Assembly (NCBI GenBank): GCA_000165425.1
Contig: CT868374.1
Coordinates: forward strand, 124,001 to 188,000
DNA from: Paramecium tetraurelia
Taxonomy: Eukaryota
Length of the DNA stretch: 64,000 bases
Reading direction: 5' to 3'
Under the pieces are notes generated by a model. That model saw nothing but the letters and a program-made list of their open reading frames with translations. It was not told where the DNA came from and searched no databases. Numbering within the stretch: position 1 is the stretch's first letter; each line of letters opens with the position of its first letter. Positions 14,678 to 28,626 of the stretch are shown here, one piece after another. Position numbers and translations under genes: made by a program.

Positions 14678-14950
14678 TCATTCTCCCAACTCTACATGAT
14701 TAACTTCATGTATTTCTTCAAAAAGTTCTTCAGAGTACTTGTGCTTTGGATCTTGTTTTTTGCTTTTCGAACCTTCCTCAACCATAGACTAGCTCTTGGA
14801 TTTAACAAAATAGTATACTTTTTTGATTTACGGTGGTCTTTTATAGGACGCTTCATTTATAACTGCAATTTATTAATCGGGAATATCATTAAAGAAGGTT
14901 TTAATCTGTTATATTATCGATTTCTTCTTTTTAAGTGGAGTGCTTTGCAT
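14678..14950 (-). CDS. small hypothetical protein (90 aa)
   Basis: ORF MQSTPLKKKKSII...HVELGE*. Confidence 0.55.
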
Positions 14951-16299
14951 GAGGCTTAGTTTTAAATAATATGTAATAATATTAACTAAGCATCAATAAA
15001 TAATGTATGATTTAAATTGTTGCGGTAATGACGCATTTATTTTTTGTAATTGGAATTAATTTAATGTATGATTATATAAGAGTTAAGCAAAGTAATACGC
15101 CTTATTTCTTCTTCTAATCTGAAAGGCAAAACCAAATTTAATAAATTTTTCATTTATAAATGCTAATTTAGTAAATTTGAGGAAGTAGCTTTCTGGCCAA
15201 AAATTCTCTTAAAAATTAAAATATATTAAATCGTTATTTATGCTGCATGTTAAAAACTAAATTGGATTTCAAAATATAAGAGCACTTCATAAGAGCTAAA
15301 TAGATTAGAAAGAGATTAATGATTACTTATTTTGGCAGAATTATATTGTATTAAATATTTACTAATTTTATTGATGATTGTCAACATTATTTTTAGAGAA
15401 TTAGAAGACTTATTACATCTTTTTAAAATAAGAGTTTGTTTATTCTAGAGATTTTTTTCAGATCAGATTGGGGAGAATTTCTCCAAAATTTCTTTAATTC
15501 CAAAATTGGTTAATCATTGATGCTTCGATTGACAATGATGACATACATAAAAATATTTTAATTGATTGGAGCTTGGTCTGAAAACTGACTAATATTTAAT
15601 TAACAACGAAATTTTCAAGATTAAGTTTCACTAAGAGGACTTTTTTGTAATAAGTAACATATTCTTCAACAAAAAAATTATTGAAATTTATTTATGTAAT
15701 AACAAATTATAATCAGATATTCAAGAAATTTTTTTATTATTCTGATTAACTCAAACATATACGCATAATAATAAAATTATTAATATTTCAATTCCATAGC
15801 TATAGTAAAAAACTCTCAATTACTAATTATTCCTATCATTCCACCTTTTATTTATATTTTAATGTTTGCCAGAATAGGGATTATTAATTTATAAAAAAAT
15901 TTATTAGAGAAGATAATATATGCTAAATTTGAGGAATTAAATGATAATTTCAATTTTGTTCATTTTAATAGCTAAAGCAATTTAACAATTGTAGAAAATA
16001 AAATAAGTTTTAAATGGAAATTTGTAAATTTATAAGGGTAATTTTATTTTATATCTCAGATAAAATAGGTGAAAAACCAATTTTGAAAAAAATCTCATTT
16101 TAATAAGAATAAAGTGACACATTGAAATTATGTAAAAAATGTAGATTAAAATTTATTTACCATAAATTTACCAACTTTGTTATTAAAAAATTATGGATTG
16201 GGTTAAATTGAATAATTAAGCAATATCAAAATCAATTCAGACAGAAAATAATTGCTGCCACTTAAAATATTTGTATTAAAATAAAAGAGAAATAAATTT

Positions 16300-17789
16300 A
16301 AATAACATTCAAATAAATTTTACTAGCGTAAAACTCAAATATAATCTGCAATTTATCTTAAGTTCCAGATAGGCTCCAATTGGTAAACCATTTTACCTGC
16401 TTGGGGAATATGTATTCAGATTTCATCAAAACATAATTTACTTGAGATTCTTAAAAAACTAAATTCTACTCTGCAAACATAACGAATGAATAAACGAAAT
16501 AAAAATTAAATATTTCATTGTTTTAATGCTTTAAACTATTTTTAATAGTTATCCCACTCTTTTCTAATAGTTTCCCTAAGCTATTTTCTTTTTTGATTGA
16601 TTTCATTTATATTTCTTTTAAGAATCAACAATTCTGTTAAAATTTCTTTGTCTGTGTGTTAAGATTCTCCATTTTAGGTTTTGACATTTACTTCGCAACA
16701 AAAATTTTTAGTTTCTTCATCATCCTCTTCATCCTCTTCTAACTATTCTAATTATTAATTAACTTTCTTTTTTAACTTTCTTTATTATCTCTTTTTTCTT
16801 TATTTCTCCTTTTTGGCTTCAATTTATTTCTCTTCTTGCTCTATATATGCAATTAGCATTTTTTATTATTTCTCAAATTCTATTTGCTGAATTCTACTCT
16901 CAATTTTTTATATGATTAAATATTTAAGCTATAATATTTTGGATTAATCTTACAATTCTTATGAAATTTATTTTTAAATGATACTTCTAAATAAATTGAT
17001 CCCTACCATTTAAAATTTGCTCTAAAATCAGAGAACTAATTGCTCTTAATATTTTCAAATTAAAATTATCTTAAATTTAAACATCTAATACTGTTGTACC
17101 AAATTTTAAAATTTTATCGAAGAGAATATACTATTCATACTGAAATAAGAAAATACATCATAATTAATTATTATTTAATTATCTCTTTATCGAATAAATT
17201 CATTGAATTTGATGTTGTCTTCAGGATCCACTATATCATTTATGTGCATAATAATATCTTTTTCATTATCAATTTTCTCTTTTACTTGCATTTATTTAAG
17301 AAAGTAATTTACTTGAGCCTTAAAAACATCAGCACGTATTATAATTTCGAATTCTCCTTTGTATAAAAACTTTGGAAAATCCATTATACTTAATCTATTT
17401 TGTTCAAGTAAATTATGGGATTGCTTTTATTTGGTATTACTAAATAAATCATTTCCCTTTTATAGAATCTAATTTGAAGTATGAATTTCACATTAGATTC
17501 TATATTGCTTTAAATCACTTTATAAAAACAAGAATTTTTCATTTCTACTCAAGAAATTTTGATATAACTCTTTATATTAACTTATGAGATCATTGGCACA
17601 ATTCTAACAAACTAATAGTTATCTACAAGTCGATATAAATTCAGAATCAGAAAAGTTTGAATTTCTTTCGAATTCTTTTTCGTTTATTAAATTCTATTCA
17701 ATATAGCTTGATTTTATGGATGATGTATTATCTATAGCTTTAAAAGTTCCTTAGACAAATTAAACTTATTTTTTTTTATTCGCTTTCAT
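16300..17789 (-). CDS. hypothetical coiled-coil protein (3' end approximate)
   Basis: MKANKKKQVQF start; E/K/Q-rich middle; stop not resolved by eye. Confidence 0.5.
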
Positions 17790-17916
17790 AAAATAATTAT
17801 TAAAATATGAGAAGATTATAATCAATCATAGTCTTATTTATAATTACGTATATGATTAGAAAACAAATTAATCCTGAAAACTTTATGAAGCCAAAATGAA
17901 ATATAAGTTATATTGA

Positions 17917-19196
17917 TCAATCAGATTGTTATAAATCCTCCCTTTTAATTTTCTATTCTTCAATTAATTAATCTATTTCGGTTTTTTCAAACCATTTAAT
18001 TCTTTTTCCTTCATTCCATTCTCCTACTTTCACTTCTTTATTTTATAAATAGTAAATTCCGATTCCATGTTACCTACCTTTTACAAATGTATATTTACAT
18101 ACCTTGAATCCAAGTACCAATATATTTTCTTCCATCAGCCCATTCAAAAACTCCTTTACCATGTTTTTTATCTTCTTCATATTCCTATTTTAGAACTAAT
18201 TTATTACTCCAGTATATTTCCTTCCATCCTGCCATATTATCTATCCTTTTCCATGCATTTTGTTCTTTTTCCATGATCCTTTATAAACTCTTTTGTCTGG
18301 CCAAATGTAGGTACCTTCACCATGAATGTCATTTTATAAAAATTCACCTTTAAATAATTAAATCTACTAATTTACCATCATATCTTGATCCATCTGCGAA
18401 ATTGAGAATACCTTTGCCATGCTTTTTCCCTTCAAAATATTAACCCTCATATTTAGCACCGTCAGGCCAATTTTCAACTCCTCTTCCATGTTGTTTATCG
18501 TTTTCCCACTTTAAATTAATATACAGACTTACTTCTCCTTCATATTTTGCTCCATTCACATGTATGTATGTACCTTTTCCATTTGCTTTATCATTTTTCC
18601 ATTCTCCGTCATAAACATCTCCATCAGCATGAGTCAATTTCCCCTAAAATTATAAATTTAAATACCCTTCCTGATGACTTGTCTTCTACCCATTCCCCTT
18701 CATAGATGGAACCATCAGGCCACTTTTACTTACCAAAACCATCTCTCATTCCGTTCTTCCATTCTCCTTCATAAACAGCCCCAGACTCTAATTAAATGGG
18801 AGGCAGCTTTTTTCTTTCATTGCAATTCATTGTACTTTTAATTAAATCATTTCCTTCTTAGTTATTTGCGACATTCATGCTAACTGAATGATTTGCTGAT
18901 ATATTTAACTATTTATCTTATTCTTAAGACTTTTTTGAGTTCTCATCAACATTTTTAGCAGGTGTTTCTTTAACGGCTTCTTTTTTTGGCTCTTTTTTAG
19001 TTTCTTTTTTCTATTTCTGTTATTCTTAATCAACAACAAATCTCTCATGATCTTTTGCTTGAACTTTTTATTCTTGTTGTGTAATATCATTTTCAGAATT
19101 GTCATGTTTTGGTTTTACTTTATCTCTTCCTACTTTTATTTCGGTAGTCTCATTGTCCTATTTAGCACAGCATGATTAACAATTAGCAGCACCCAT
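17917..19196 (-). CDS. MORN-repeat protein with predicted N-acylation
   Basis: Many YEGEW..DK.HGKG repeats; N-terminus MGAANCQSCCAK. Confidence 0.9.
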
Positions 19197-19325
19197 AATA
19201 TTTATTTAAATATTAAATATTAATATAGAAGAACAAAAAATTCATTTCATAGTTCAATTATGGATATCAAAGTGTTTATAGAAATAAGTTATTCAAAATA
19301 ATATTTTCCTTTTTGTATAAATTAA

Positions 19326-19769
19326 ATGTTTAAATTTCAATAATTATTGATCACTAAATTTTGCTCTTATAGAAGTGTAATTATTCCAAAAGAGAAATTG
19401 GAATGTAGGTTTAGCAAAAGTTCTGGACCTGGAGGTTAGCATGTTAATAAAACAAACTCAAAAGCAGAAATAAGATTTAATCTAAAAACTGCAGATTGGT
19501 TAAACGATGATCAGAAAAAAAAATTCATTCGACTCTACCCAAATTATGTAAATAAAGAAGGCGAAATTATCTTAACAAGCCAATTTACTAGAGAGTAATC
19601 GAAAAATTTAGAAGATGCAATTGATAAATTAAAAGAAATGATCTTCGAATGCAGCAAGCCAGACAAAACTCAATTTACGATACCTCCTCCCAGTTATTAT
19701 AAAATTTAATAAAGAGTTTAATGCAAAAGACAGAGATCAGATGTGAAAAAAACAAGAAATATCAAATGA
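19326..19769 (+). CDS. ICT1: peptidyl-tRNA hydrolase ICT1/ArfB-like (mitochondrial)
   Basis: FSKSSGPGGQHVNKTNSKAEIRF (Q = TAG); LTSQFTREQSKNLEDA; basic C-tail. Confidence 0.88.
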
Positions 19770-19830
19770 AGTATGTAGCTTTTATTTGTGTAAATTAAAT
19801 TAGATTTTTCTAAACACAAACAATAAATTA

Positions 19831-21514
19831 TCACAGAACTGATGCCATCCTTTCTATAAGCTTCGTATCGCAAAGTGCACTTTTTAAGTATAAATCATGC
19901 AACTTCCCCATTAAAATAGCATTCTATCTCAAATCATCAAATCTAAATGTTATTACCTATATTAAAATTTAATCAATACAATTTCCAACAATTTATAGAA
20001 CTCTCTTGATCCAATTCTTGTAATTAAGTAGCTATAAGCAATTTCATATATTTCTTGAGGTGTTATTTCTCTAACATCTTTCAATCTCTATAAAACTGTA
20101 TAAATATCATATATACTTTTTCTTTCAATATCAGCATAAAACTCTTAATTATCATTCTCTGTGATATAATAGGATTTTACTATCTCAGCCAATTCTATTG
20201 ATGTAAATTCATGTTTCAAAGAGGAAATTTTGTTTATCATTATTTTAAATAGTTTCCTATTTTTGATATATTAATTTACTTTGATCCTCTATATGAAAGT
20301 AAAAAACTTTTTATAATTAATTTCAATTCTGATAACTCGTATTTATCAAAATCCTATAAAATTTTACTTTCCAATTTTTACATAAGTGCTTCACTACCTT
20401 ATTCAAAACCAAATCCTTAACTTATTAAACAAATTTATTCGAAATTCAAGGTATCAAATTATTGCAATAGATGTTTTTCTACTGTATTAAAATAGTCTTT
20501 GAAATGTTAGCTTTTAACAATATCAGCAGTATCTTATTTTTCACAGAGTTACCCCATAACAAGAACTCCTTAGATTATTGTATTTATCGGCAATTATTAA
20601 TAGATTTACTAATCTTATGAATTTTCTAACATAATTCCTACTAAACCTCTTACAAATTATTTTGTTCTAACAATAAATAATATCAAAATACCCTCTTTAA
20701 ACTCTCCAATAGCACATCAAAGTTGTAATAACAGATTAATATTATTAATTTATATCTTGTAATTTATTGATCGAATCTTATATTTAATTCTCACATTAAT
20801 CCCAAAATTAATCTGAACCCTCTTTTTAATTGCTTAAATGTGATAATATTTCCAAAAGCTACTCAAGTTTTAATTTAGACATTCTATTCAAAATAGATAT
20901 TTCTAATTAACCCCAAATCTCATGTTCTGAAGGGAGACATAAAATATCAAGCAATTTTGTAATTTTTATTAAATTTTCAACATCGCTAATAATTCTTATT
21001 TGTTTTGTTAAAATAGCTTAAAACTCTTGAAATTCATATCTTATCAGATCATCTTCTGTAATTCTGTCTGCAAATTAAATAAAGGCATTAACGCAAGACA
21101 TTAAATTTTTCTCTGTCAATTACACTTTAAGTGTTCCTAAAAAATTAAACATTTCTTCTGGATGCTTAAATTCACTAGAATATTAGATGTTGATGTTATC
21201 AATAAAAACTTTTGCAAAATCTACTCTTCCATAATTAACCTCGTGTTCTCTTGCTTATCTTATAGTTTAAGTGTGAACTTCCTTTTCATTTTTTATTTTC
21301 ATTTTTTCATATTCTTCTCTCTTTTTTCTAAGATCAGCTAAATATTCTTCCTTTCCTTTCCAATCTTTACTTATTAAGAATATTATATACCACCAGTTTA
21401 ATTTTAATTCTTTTCATCATTTTTTCCTGTTTATTATTACTTTTATTCTTTTTTCCAGAAAAAATTAAAGGCAGGTCTATATAAGCTCTTTCGGTAACAC
21501 TTAATAATATTCAT
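19831..21514 (-). CDS. hypothetical helical protein, possibly mitochondrial
   Basis: Presequence-like MNIIKCYRKSLYRPAFNFS; long ciliate-code ORF with tiny introns ending ERMASVL*. Confidence 0.6.
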
Positions 21515-22611
21515 AAAATATAATTAAATAATAATAATTAAATATATTCTAAACAATATTTGTATATTATTTTTGATTTAAAAATATTTGTAAATGATTA
21601 CTTATTTTGAAATAGAGAAATAAAAATATAATAGGGATGAATTTTAAAAAGGTTATTATAGTGAAAAGGGTTTAAATGGTTATAAACTAATTTGATACCC
21701 TTAGTTTTAGATTATTAGTTTGAAAATCATATCAAACGATATTCTCAAATATGAATCAATTAAAATTGTAATATATAAAACGAATGAAGATTGGTAGAAT
21801 TATATAAATTCTAAATTGACAACTCTCAAATTTTGATAATAAACAAATTAATTAAATATCGATATAAAGAAAAGTAAAAATTCTTAACTTTTTTAAAATG
21901 AATGATTGAGTATTACTATTATGTAACTTAACACAATATTTAGCGAATCAGGATGTATATAAGAATTAGAACTTTGAAATTTAATATATAATAGTGATGC
22001 CTATACAACAATTATTCTGTTATAATATAATATTTCAAATATTTAAAAATTAATTTAAGTTTAATATTTATCAAGATTCCTGATATCTAGTTATATATGT
22101 AACCTTTCTGTATTTTTACTAAATAACTCATTATATTGATTCTAATTTGAGATGACTTTTAATTCAGATAACTCTTATCTTAAAGAGCAGTATTGAAAAT
22201 ATGAAGGATTTTTTACTAATAAATAATCCATTTGCATTAATATCTTTGATCTTTATAAATTTCTCTATGTAATTTAATATAAAAGTAATCAAGATTTAGT
22301 GAATTCTTCATTAAATGAATTATTGAAGTACTTTTATATAAAAAATTCTTACTTTTATAATAACTTAATTCAAAAATATTAAATTTAGATCCTTAATATT
22401 TTAAGAATCAGATTACAAATATAAAAATTGAACATTTTAAGAATATCCATGCTTCTCTGATTTTTCATAATTATTTGCAATTATTTTAGAATACAAGAAT
22501 TTAACTAAAATTACAAGTGTTCCCAGATGTTTGTAATTAATTTTAAATAAAGATATTATTTGTTATTATATACAAGATAATAAGATTAATTATATTCATT
22601 AAAATTAAGGA

Positions 22612-22959
22612 TCATTAGTTTTTTAAGATCTGAGGATTTACCCAATAGAGATGTGGTTTCTAATTTATTAACTTTTAAACTAGCTTTCCAATTGCCATAG
22701 CAGGTTCCTTCTAATTAAATTAACAACGAACAATGTTGAGGTTAAATTTCACATTTTTATTGCTATTTTTTTTTTTCCTGATGCCTTCACTTTTAATTTG
22801 AGCTGTTTCTATGAGAGAGTTGTTAGTTTATGATAAAATCTTATTAGAAAAGTCATCGGTACATTGAGTGTCGTCTACATCTAGATTCCGATAAGATTCC
22901 AAAGGCTGCATGAAAATAGGTTTAGGCCCAATAAGTTGATTTTAATTAAATTAGAGCAT
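22612..22959 (-). CDS. small hypothetical protein (115 aa) with RVxF-like KNVKF
   Basis: Uninterrupted ORF MLQFNQNQLIGPKP...QILKNQ*. Confidence 0.6.
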
Positions 22960-23275
22960 ATTTTTATTTCTTATTAATATGTACTTAAATTAATTACGAT
23001 ATCGATTCTTGTACTTAAAGAATTAAAGCCGATTTATATAATTTTTGAGTAGGTAAAAAAGGAATTTCTGTGAAATATTTAATTACATCATTATCATCGC
23101 ATATTTGACAATAAATAATTCAAAATTATGAATGATATTTTAAAGCATTCAGAGTAATAGTTGGGCTCTTAGGTGGTATTGAATAGTATCACACTATCAA
23201 AGAGGAAGAAATATTGCAATGATAGATTTAGATCTTAATAAAATAAATTTAACTATAATATAATCATTTAAAAAT

Positions 23276-25117
23276 TCAAAAATTTAACAATTAAATAAGT
23301 CTATTTAAAGTTTTCTGGTATTCTTCCCAATCACCACTAATGTAGTGAGACTTTAATAAGTAAAGACCATCACAATTATGTATCTGTCTGATTGAAATTT
23401 CGAACTTGAGAGATAAATTGGCTGAACATACATAATCATATTAATCATTTTACTGATGAACTAATAAATGATAAATTGTACCTACAGTATTTTGATCTAC
23501 ATTTACATTATTACCTTCAGTAACTCAGCAGCAAAGATAGCAGGGTCTCTATTAGTAGTACATTGTAAGTTGAAGGCTCCCTTGTGAATTTTGGGTTAAG
23601 GAGTTTTGACTGGATTGGGTTGAGTGTATTCGGATATGGCACTTATGGCACGTTCTCTATTAATAAACTAATATAATAATATAATTAGAACTTTTGGCTT
23701 GGCTTTGTCTAATGAAAAAGAATCTTCAGTTTTTCTATTGGTCTATAACGGTGTATTTCCATTAGTGCCAACACTTGAAATAGAATTGTTAACGACTTAA
23801 TAAATTGGTTTGAGCATGGGAGGAATGATGGGTCTAATTTATGCTCTTTTAACTATTTCTCTTTTTAATTAGATGGTAAATGTTTTTGGTGAATCTGGTT
23901 TAGTTATCTATTTAAAAGTTTGAGGTGAAGGTGATTGTTATCGATTATTGGTTTAAGTCATGATTCGATGTTAAGGAGAATGCCCATTGCTTGTATTCTA
24001 TTTTTACCTGGAAGTGTTATTATTACTTGTATTTAAAGAATCCAGATTCGATGAATTGAGAATATACGATTAAGTAATTGAATCATCGAAATCTTTTTTA
24101 AAGTAATTAAATGTTCTATTCTTTTTGTTTTTCTATATTTGAAGATAATAGAGTGTAGTGATATTATTGTGCCTATTTTTCTTAACAAGTTTTCTACAAA
24201 GTTGGGGATCAATCGAATATAGATTTTTCAATTGCTCAACTATTATTTCATCAACTTAAATATTATCACTTCCGATATTTCCAAAATTCTCTTCTAACTT
24301 AATAATCTTAGCCCATTTATGTCCTTTTATCTGTGGGATTGTAAATCTCTTTTTCGGATCTGTGTTTAGAATATTTTTTAAGAGATCCTTTGCTTCTGCT
24401 GATAACCATTTAGGAAATACAAGTTCTCCAGCAATGATCTTCTTATATAATTGATTAGTATTCTAATCTTCGAATGGCAGATATCCACAAAGCATTGCAT
24501 ATAAGACTATACCACAACTCCAAATGTCGATTAAATATCCAGAATATTTCAGACCTTGAATCATTTCTGGGGCAGCATAACATGGACTTCCACAGGCAGT
24601 CTTCAATAATTCATTTGGCTTATAAGTGTTGGATAAACCGAAGTCCACAATTTTAATATTTTGATTATGATCAAAAAGCAAGTTCTCTGGTTTCAAATCT
24701 CTATGAACAATGCCAATTTTATGCATGTATTCAACTCCTGACAAAATTTGAAGCAGGAATCTGCATGCTACCTTTTCTGAAACTTTGTGATTTTTTACTA
24801 TATATTCAAATAATTCTCCACCGCTGGCATATTCCATGATTAAATATATCTCCTTATCAGTGTCGATTATCTCGTAAATTTATATTATGTGAGGATGTCT
24901 CAACTTCTTTAAGATTTCAATTTCCTTGGCTATTCTATATACGTCACTTTCATCTTCAAACTTGGCTTTTTCTAATATTTTAATCGCTACCTAATAGTAA
25001 TAAATATTAAAGTACCTTTTCGCCAGTTTATAAATGAGTTCCCATTTTTACCTTTCCAAAAGTGCCTTCACCTAATGTATTTCCTATAGCGTAGTTACCA
25101 AGAGTTGATTCTTGCAT
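23276..25117 (-). CDS. SNF1/AMPK/MARK-related Ser/Thr kinase with C-terminal KA1-like domain
   Basis: LGEGTFGKVK, HRDLKPEN, DFG, LKTACGSPCYAAPE; C-terminal FEISIRQI...ISGDWEEYQK after a 29-nt intron. Confidence 0.92.
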
Positions 25118-25143
25118 TTACTGTTATAATTAATATTTAATTG

Positions 25144-27373
25144 ATGGGTGTTTAATAAAGTGACAATAATGAAGCACCTCCTTTCTTGTCACATATGAAA
25201 ATGATATACGATAAAGGAAACTATAAAGTTTATGAGAATGATAAAAATCAAAAATTTGACTACTAAGAATTTAAATCGAGCTAAAATTCATTTAAGAATG
25301 AGTTAGAGGTTGCTTAAGAAATTTAAAACCAAAATTTTCAAGGAATTGCTAAAATAGAGTAGATCTCTCTTTAACAAAGTGAAAAATGGCTTATTAAGTA
25401 CACTACTTTATGCATTTTAACCGAACATCCAATCTATTCTCTTAGGGAGTATCTGTAGAAGAAGGATAAATCATTATCAAACCAATAGATAACCGAGTTA
25501 CTTGTATCAATAACCGGAGCATAAAACTAATTAGGAATGAAAAAACAATATCTTGGATTTGATAATATATATACTAGTGATGGAAATGTTTGGAAACTTA
25601 AGCCATTTTTCGAATCCGAATCCCCATATCAACGATTAATGAAATATAAGGCTGAGAAGACTCCTAATTTCGAATTAGATAGCTTCCCTGCTCCTGAAGA
25701 ATTTGAAGGTAAAGTCTGCGATACCGATAGAGTACAAATTTTTGGTCTTGGTATGATTATGTTAGAATTGATCACAAGTATTAAGGATTTTATTTTGTAG
25801 AACAAAAAAGCAAAGATATCTATTTAGAATATAAGTTGAATGATTCACTACTCTTGCAACGCGTTTAATAGGTTTAAACTCTGAAATAGTAATTTTCTGG
25901 AAATTTAATTGATATCATTATAGAAATGCTGGATACAGATTTAGTCAGAAGACCCAATTTCTAACAATTAATAAAAACTTTGAAGTCTCCTTCATCAAAA
26001 ATAGTGTTCATCTAAACAAAACTTGATGCTCTACGAGAGATCCCAAAACTAAACATACTAGATTCAGTTAGATATTTTGGATAGAATGATTTCAATGAAA
26101 ATGAAGAACAACAAATAAGCTAAGCAATAGAAGAAACTTAAACTTAAATTTCCAATAGTATCCAAAAAATGAAATAGGAATTGCAGAACATTCAAAATCC
26201 CCAGACTATTGACGAATAAAATGGCTATAAATATCGCGGTCAAATAGTTAATAATCTATATGAAGGAAAAGGTAGTTATTAAATATATTTAGGTCGACTT
26301 TATTCTAAATCAGGGGTTTTGATTTATGAAGGAGAATTTGTGTAAGGGTATTTTCATAATTTGGGAATTTAGTATTACCAAAATGCTGTTTCTTTGAAAG
26401 ATAGCTATGATATCTAGAATTGTAAGAATATTATGAAGTATGCTAAACAATATGAGGGTAGTTTTAGAATGGGATAGTATAATATTATATAATATTAGTA
26501 AACATGGAAAAGGTAAATTGATCTTAACAAATGGAGAATATTTCTGTGGGGAATTCAAAAATGATGAAATAGATGGTGGAGGTCAATTTGTAAAAAAATT
26601 GAAGGAGAAAATAATAGGGGTTTGGAATCATGGAATACTAAAATCAACTCCAGGATTTTAAAAAGAGTTAATATCTTTTAGATCTCCTGAATTTGTTAAT
26701 TAATCTCAAATTTCAGAAGACAACTCAAAATAATAATTAGGTTTGGATAATCCTGATCTGATGACTAATCATTAAGAAAACCTAAAAGTTAAGATATCAT
26801 CAATTGATTCTGTAATGAGCAAGCTGTAAACTTGCAAGAATTAATTGGAAGGTTAAATTAAAGCTTATTCATAATATTTTAGTCATCAATAATAATAAAA
26901 TAGAAAAGACCATAAAATTTATTATGATGAAGCCAAAACAAAATTAAAGTATGAAGGTCAACTTTTTACTGGGCAAATGCATGGAAGAGGCACTTTATAT
27001 TTTGAGGATGAATAAATTAAATATTAAGGAGATTTTGTTAATGGAAAATTTGAAGGGTTTGGATTTTTAATGAATGAGAACCAAGATAAACAAATGCACA
27101 TTAATTATTAAGATTTGAGAGATTTCGATTAGAAGCAGTATTGGATTAAATATTAAGGGACTTTTTTAAAAGGAGAGTAAGAATTTATAAATTATAATAT
27201 ATAGGTTACAAGGACAAGGATGTTTGTATTTTATTGATAAGAGTGAATTAGTAGGGTTTTTTGAGAAAAATTAGGTGCATGGGGAAGGAAACTTAAAAAG
27301 ACCATCACAAGAAGATGTTTATGCAGTATGGTAAAACGGTATACTTTAGAAGGAATTAAAAGGCAAATTATGA
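25144..27373 (+). CDS. pseudokinase-MORN repeat protein
   Basis: MG start; kinase C-lobe traces (FPAPE, QIFGLGMIMLELIT, RRPNF) without HRD/DFG; two MORN blocks. Confidence 0.75.
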
Positions 27374-27441
27374 AATCATATCTATGATGTAATATTTGAA
27401 CAAAATTTTAAAAATAATACAACATATGTTTTATCATTCTT

Positions 27442-27795
27442 TCATGCTTCCTTGTTTAAACATATTCTTTTTGGTTCAAATTCTGTTAAGAGCAAAGTAG
27501 AGGCTTTGCGTTTATCTTATAACAATTCTTCCTTTGTAATTGATGTACAAATGATAGATTCCAATTCTTATGAAGGTGTATTTAACCCTTCCTCTGGTTC
27601 ATGATTCAGTTCTTCCTTCTCTTTATTAAGTGGCTCCTAAACTTGTTATAACTCCTCTAAAATTCCATTTTCCTCGTCTTAAGAAAGTTCTTCATCAGAA
27701 ATTTCACTCAGTTCTTCCTCTTTGAAGATATAATAGTAGGCTTTTTTAAGCCATCCATCAAATTTTCTATTTAATTTTGTAGTTGCGTTTCCCAT
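27442..27795 (-). CDS. small acidic hypothetical protein (117 aa)
   Basis: MGNATTKLNRKFDGW...NKEA*, uninterrupted. Confidence 0.65.
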
Positions 27796-27893
27796 TGTAT
27801 TTAAAAATTTATTAACTGAATTATAATATATATATATTGTAATAAAAAAATGATTATATTTTCTTAAAAATATAATATTTACGAATTCCCAAT

Positions 27894-28588
27894 TCAAATA
27901 ACTTATTTCTCCCACTTTTCAAAGTCTTTGTATCTGACAACAAAATCATTTTGATTTCTTTTCGACAATGAAATACTCTAATATATGAATTCTAATAAGT
28001 ACAGTAAGTAGTGATTTGGCATCGTCTCCAGCATTTTCGAATAGTTGACAAAATTCATCAAAATCTAATTGTGTGCCATGTTCTCCCAAAATTAGATCTA
28101 AATCGAAATTCAATTCAAATTCTTTCCGTATTGTATCAATTATTGTAGATTTTAGTACATACCCTGATTTATCAAGTTAACCACCTAAGGCACAAAAGGC
28201 ATCGACTAGTTTATTTTGATATAGTACTATATTCTTAAGTGATGGTTTCTTCTTCATTCAATTGTTATTGATATTACTTCAATTTGCAGTATAGATCACA
28301 AATTTGTTTTAAGTCAAGAAATTTAGCATTCATGATCTTCAATTCTTCATTAAATTTATTAATAAGCTTGTCATTATTCAATAGTTTAAGATCTTGATAG
28401 AAATTTAACCGATTACCTCTGAGTACATCATCTACTTCATGCTTCCCAACATACCCAGTTCCTTTGGGATCGAATTTTTTAACCTCGATAATTATTTCAT
28501 TCATTTCCTCTTGACTTAAATTAAACATGCTTTTGGCCTATTAAACTAGGTCTTAGTATTCAGCATTCAACGTTGGTTTTCTTTTCAT
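27894..28588 (-). CDS. EF-hand calmodulin-like protein (resembles axonemal Ca-binding light chains)
   Basis: FDPKGTGYV EF loop; DAFCALGGQLDKSGYV; LDFDEFCQL. Confidence 0.75.
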
Positions 28589-28626
28589 TTGATTCAAATA
28601 AAATTAAAACTAAATGATAATTATAT

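Noticed and set aside
23128..23391. 87-aa + strand ciliate-code ORF
   Set aside because: Overlaps the KA1 exon of the - strand kinase and has no recognisable motif
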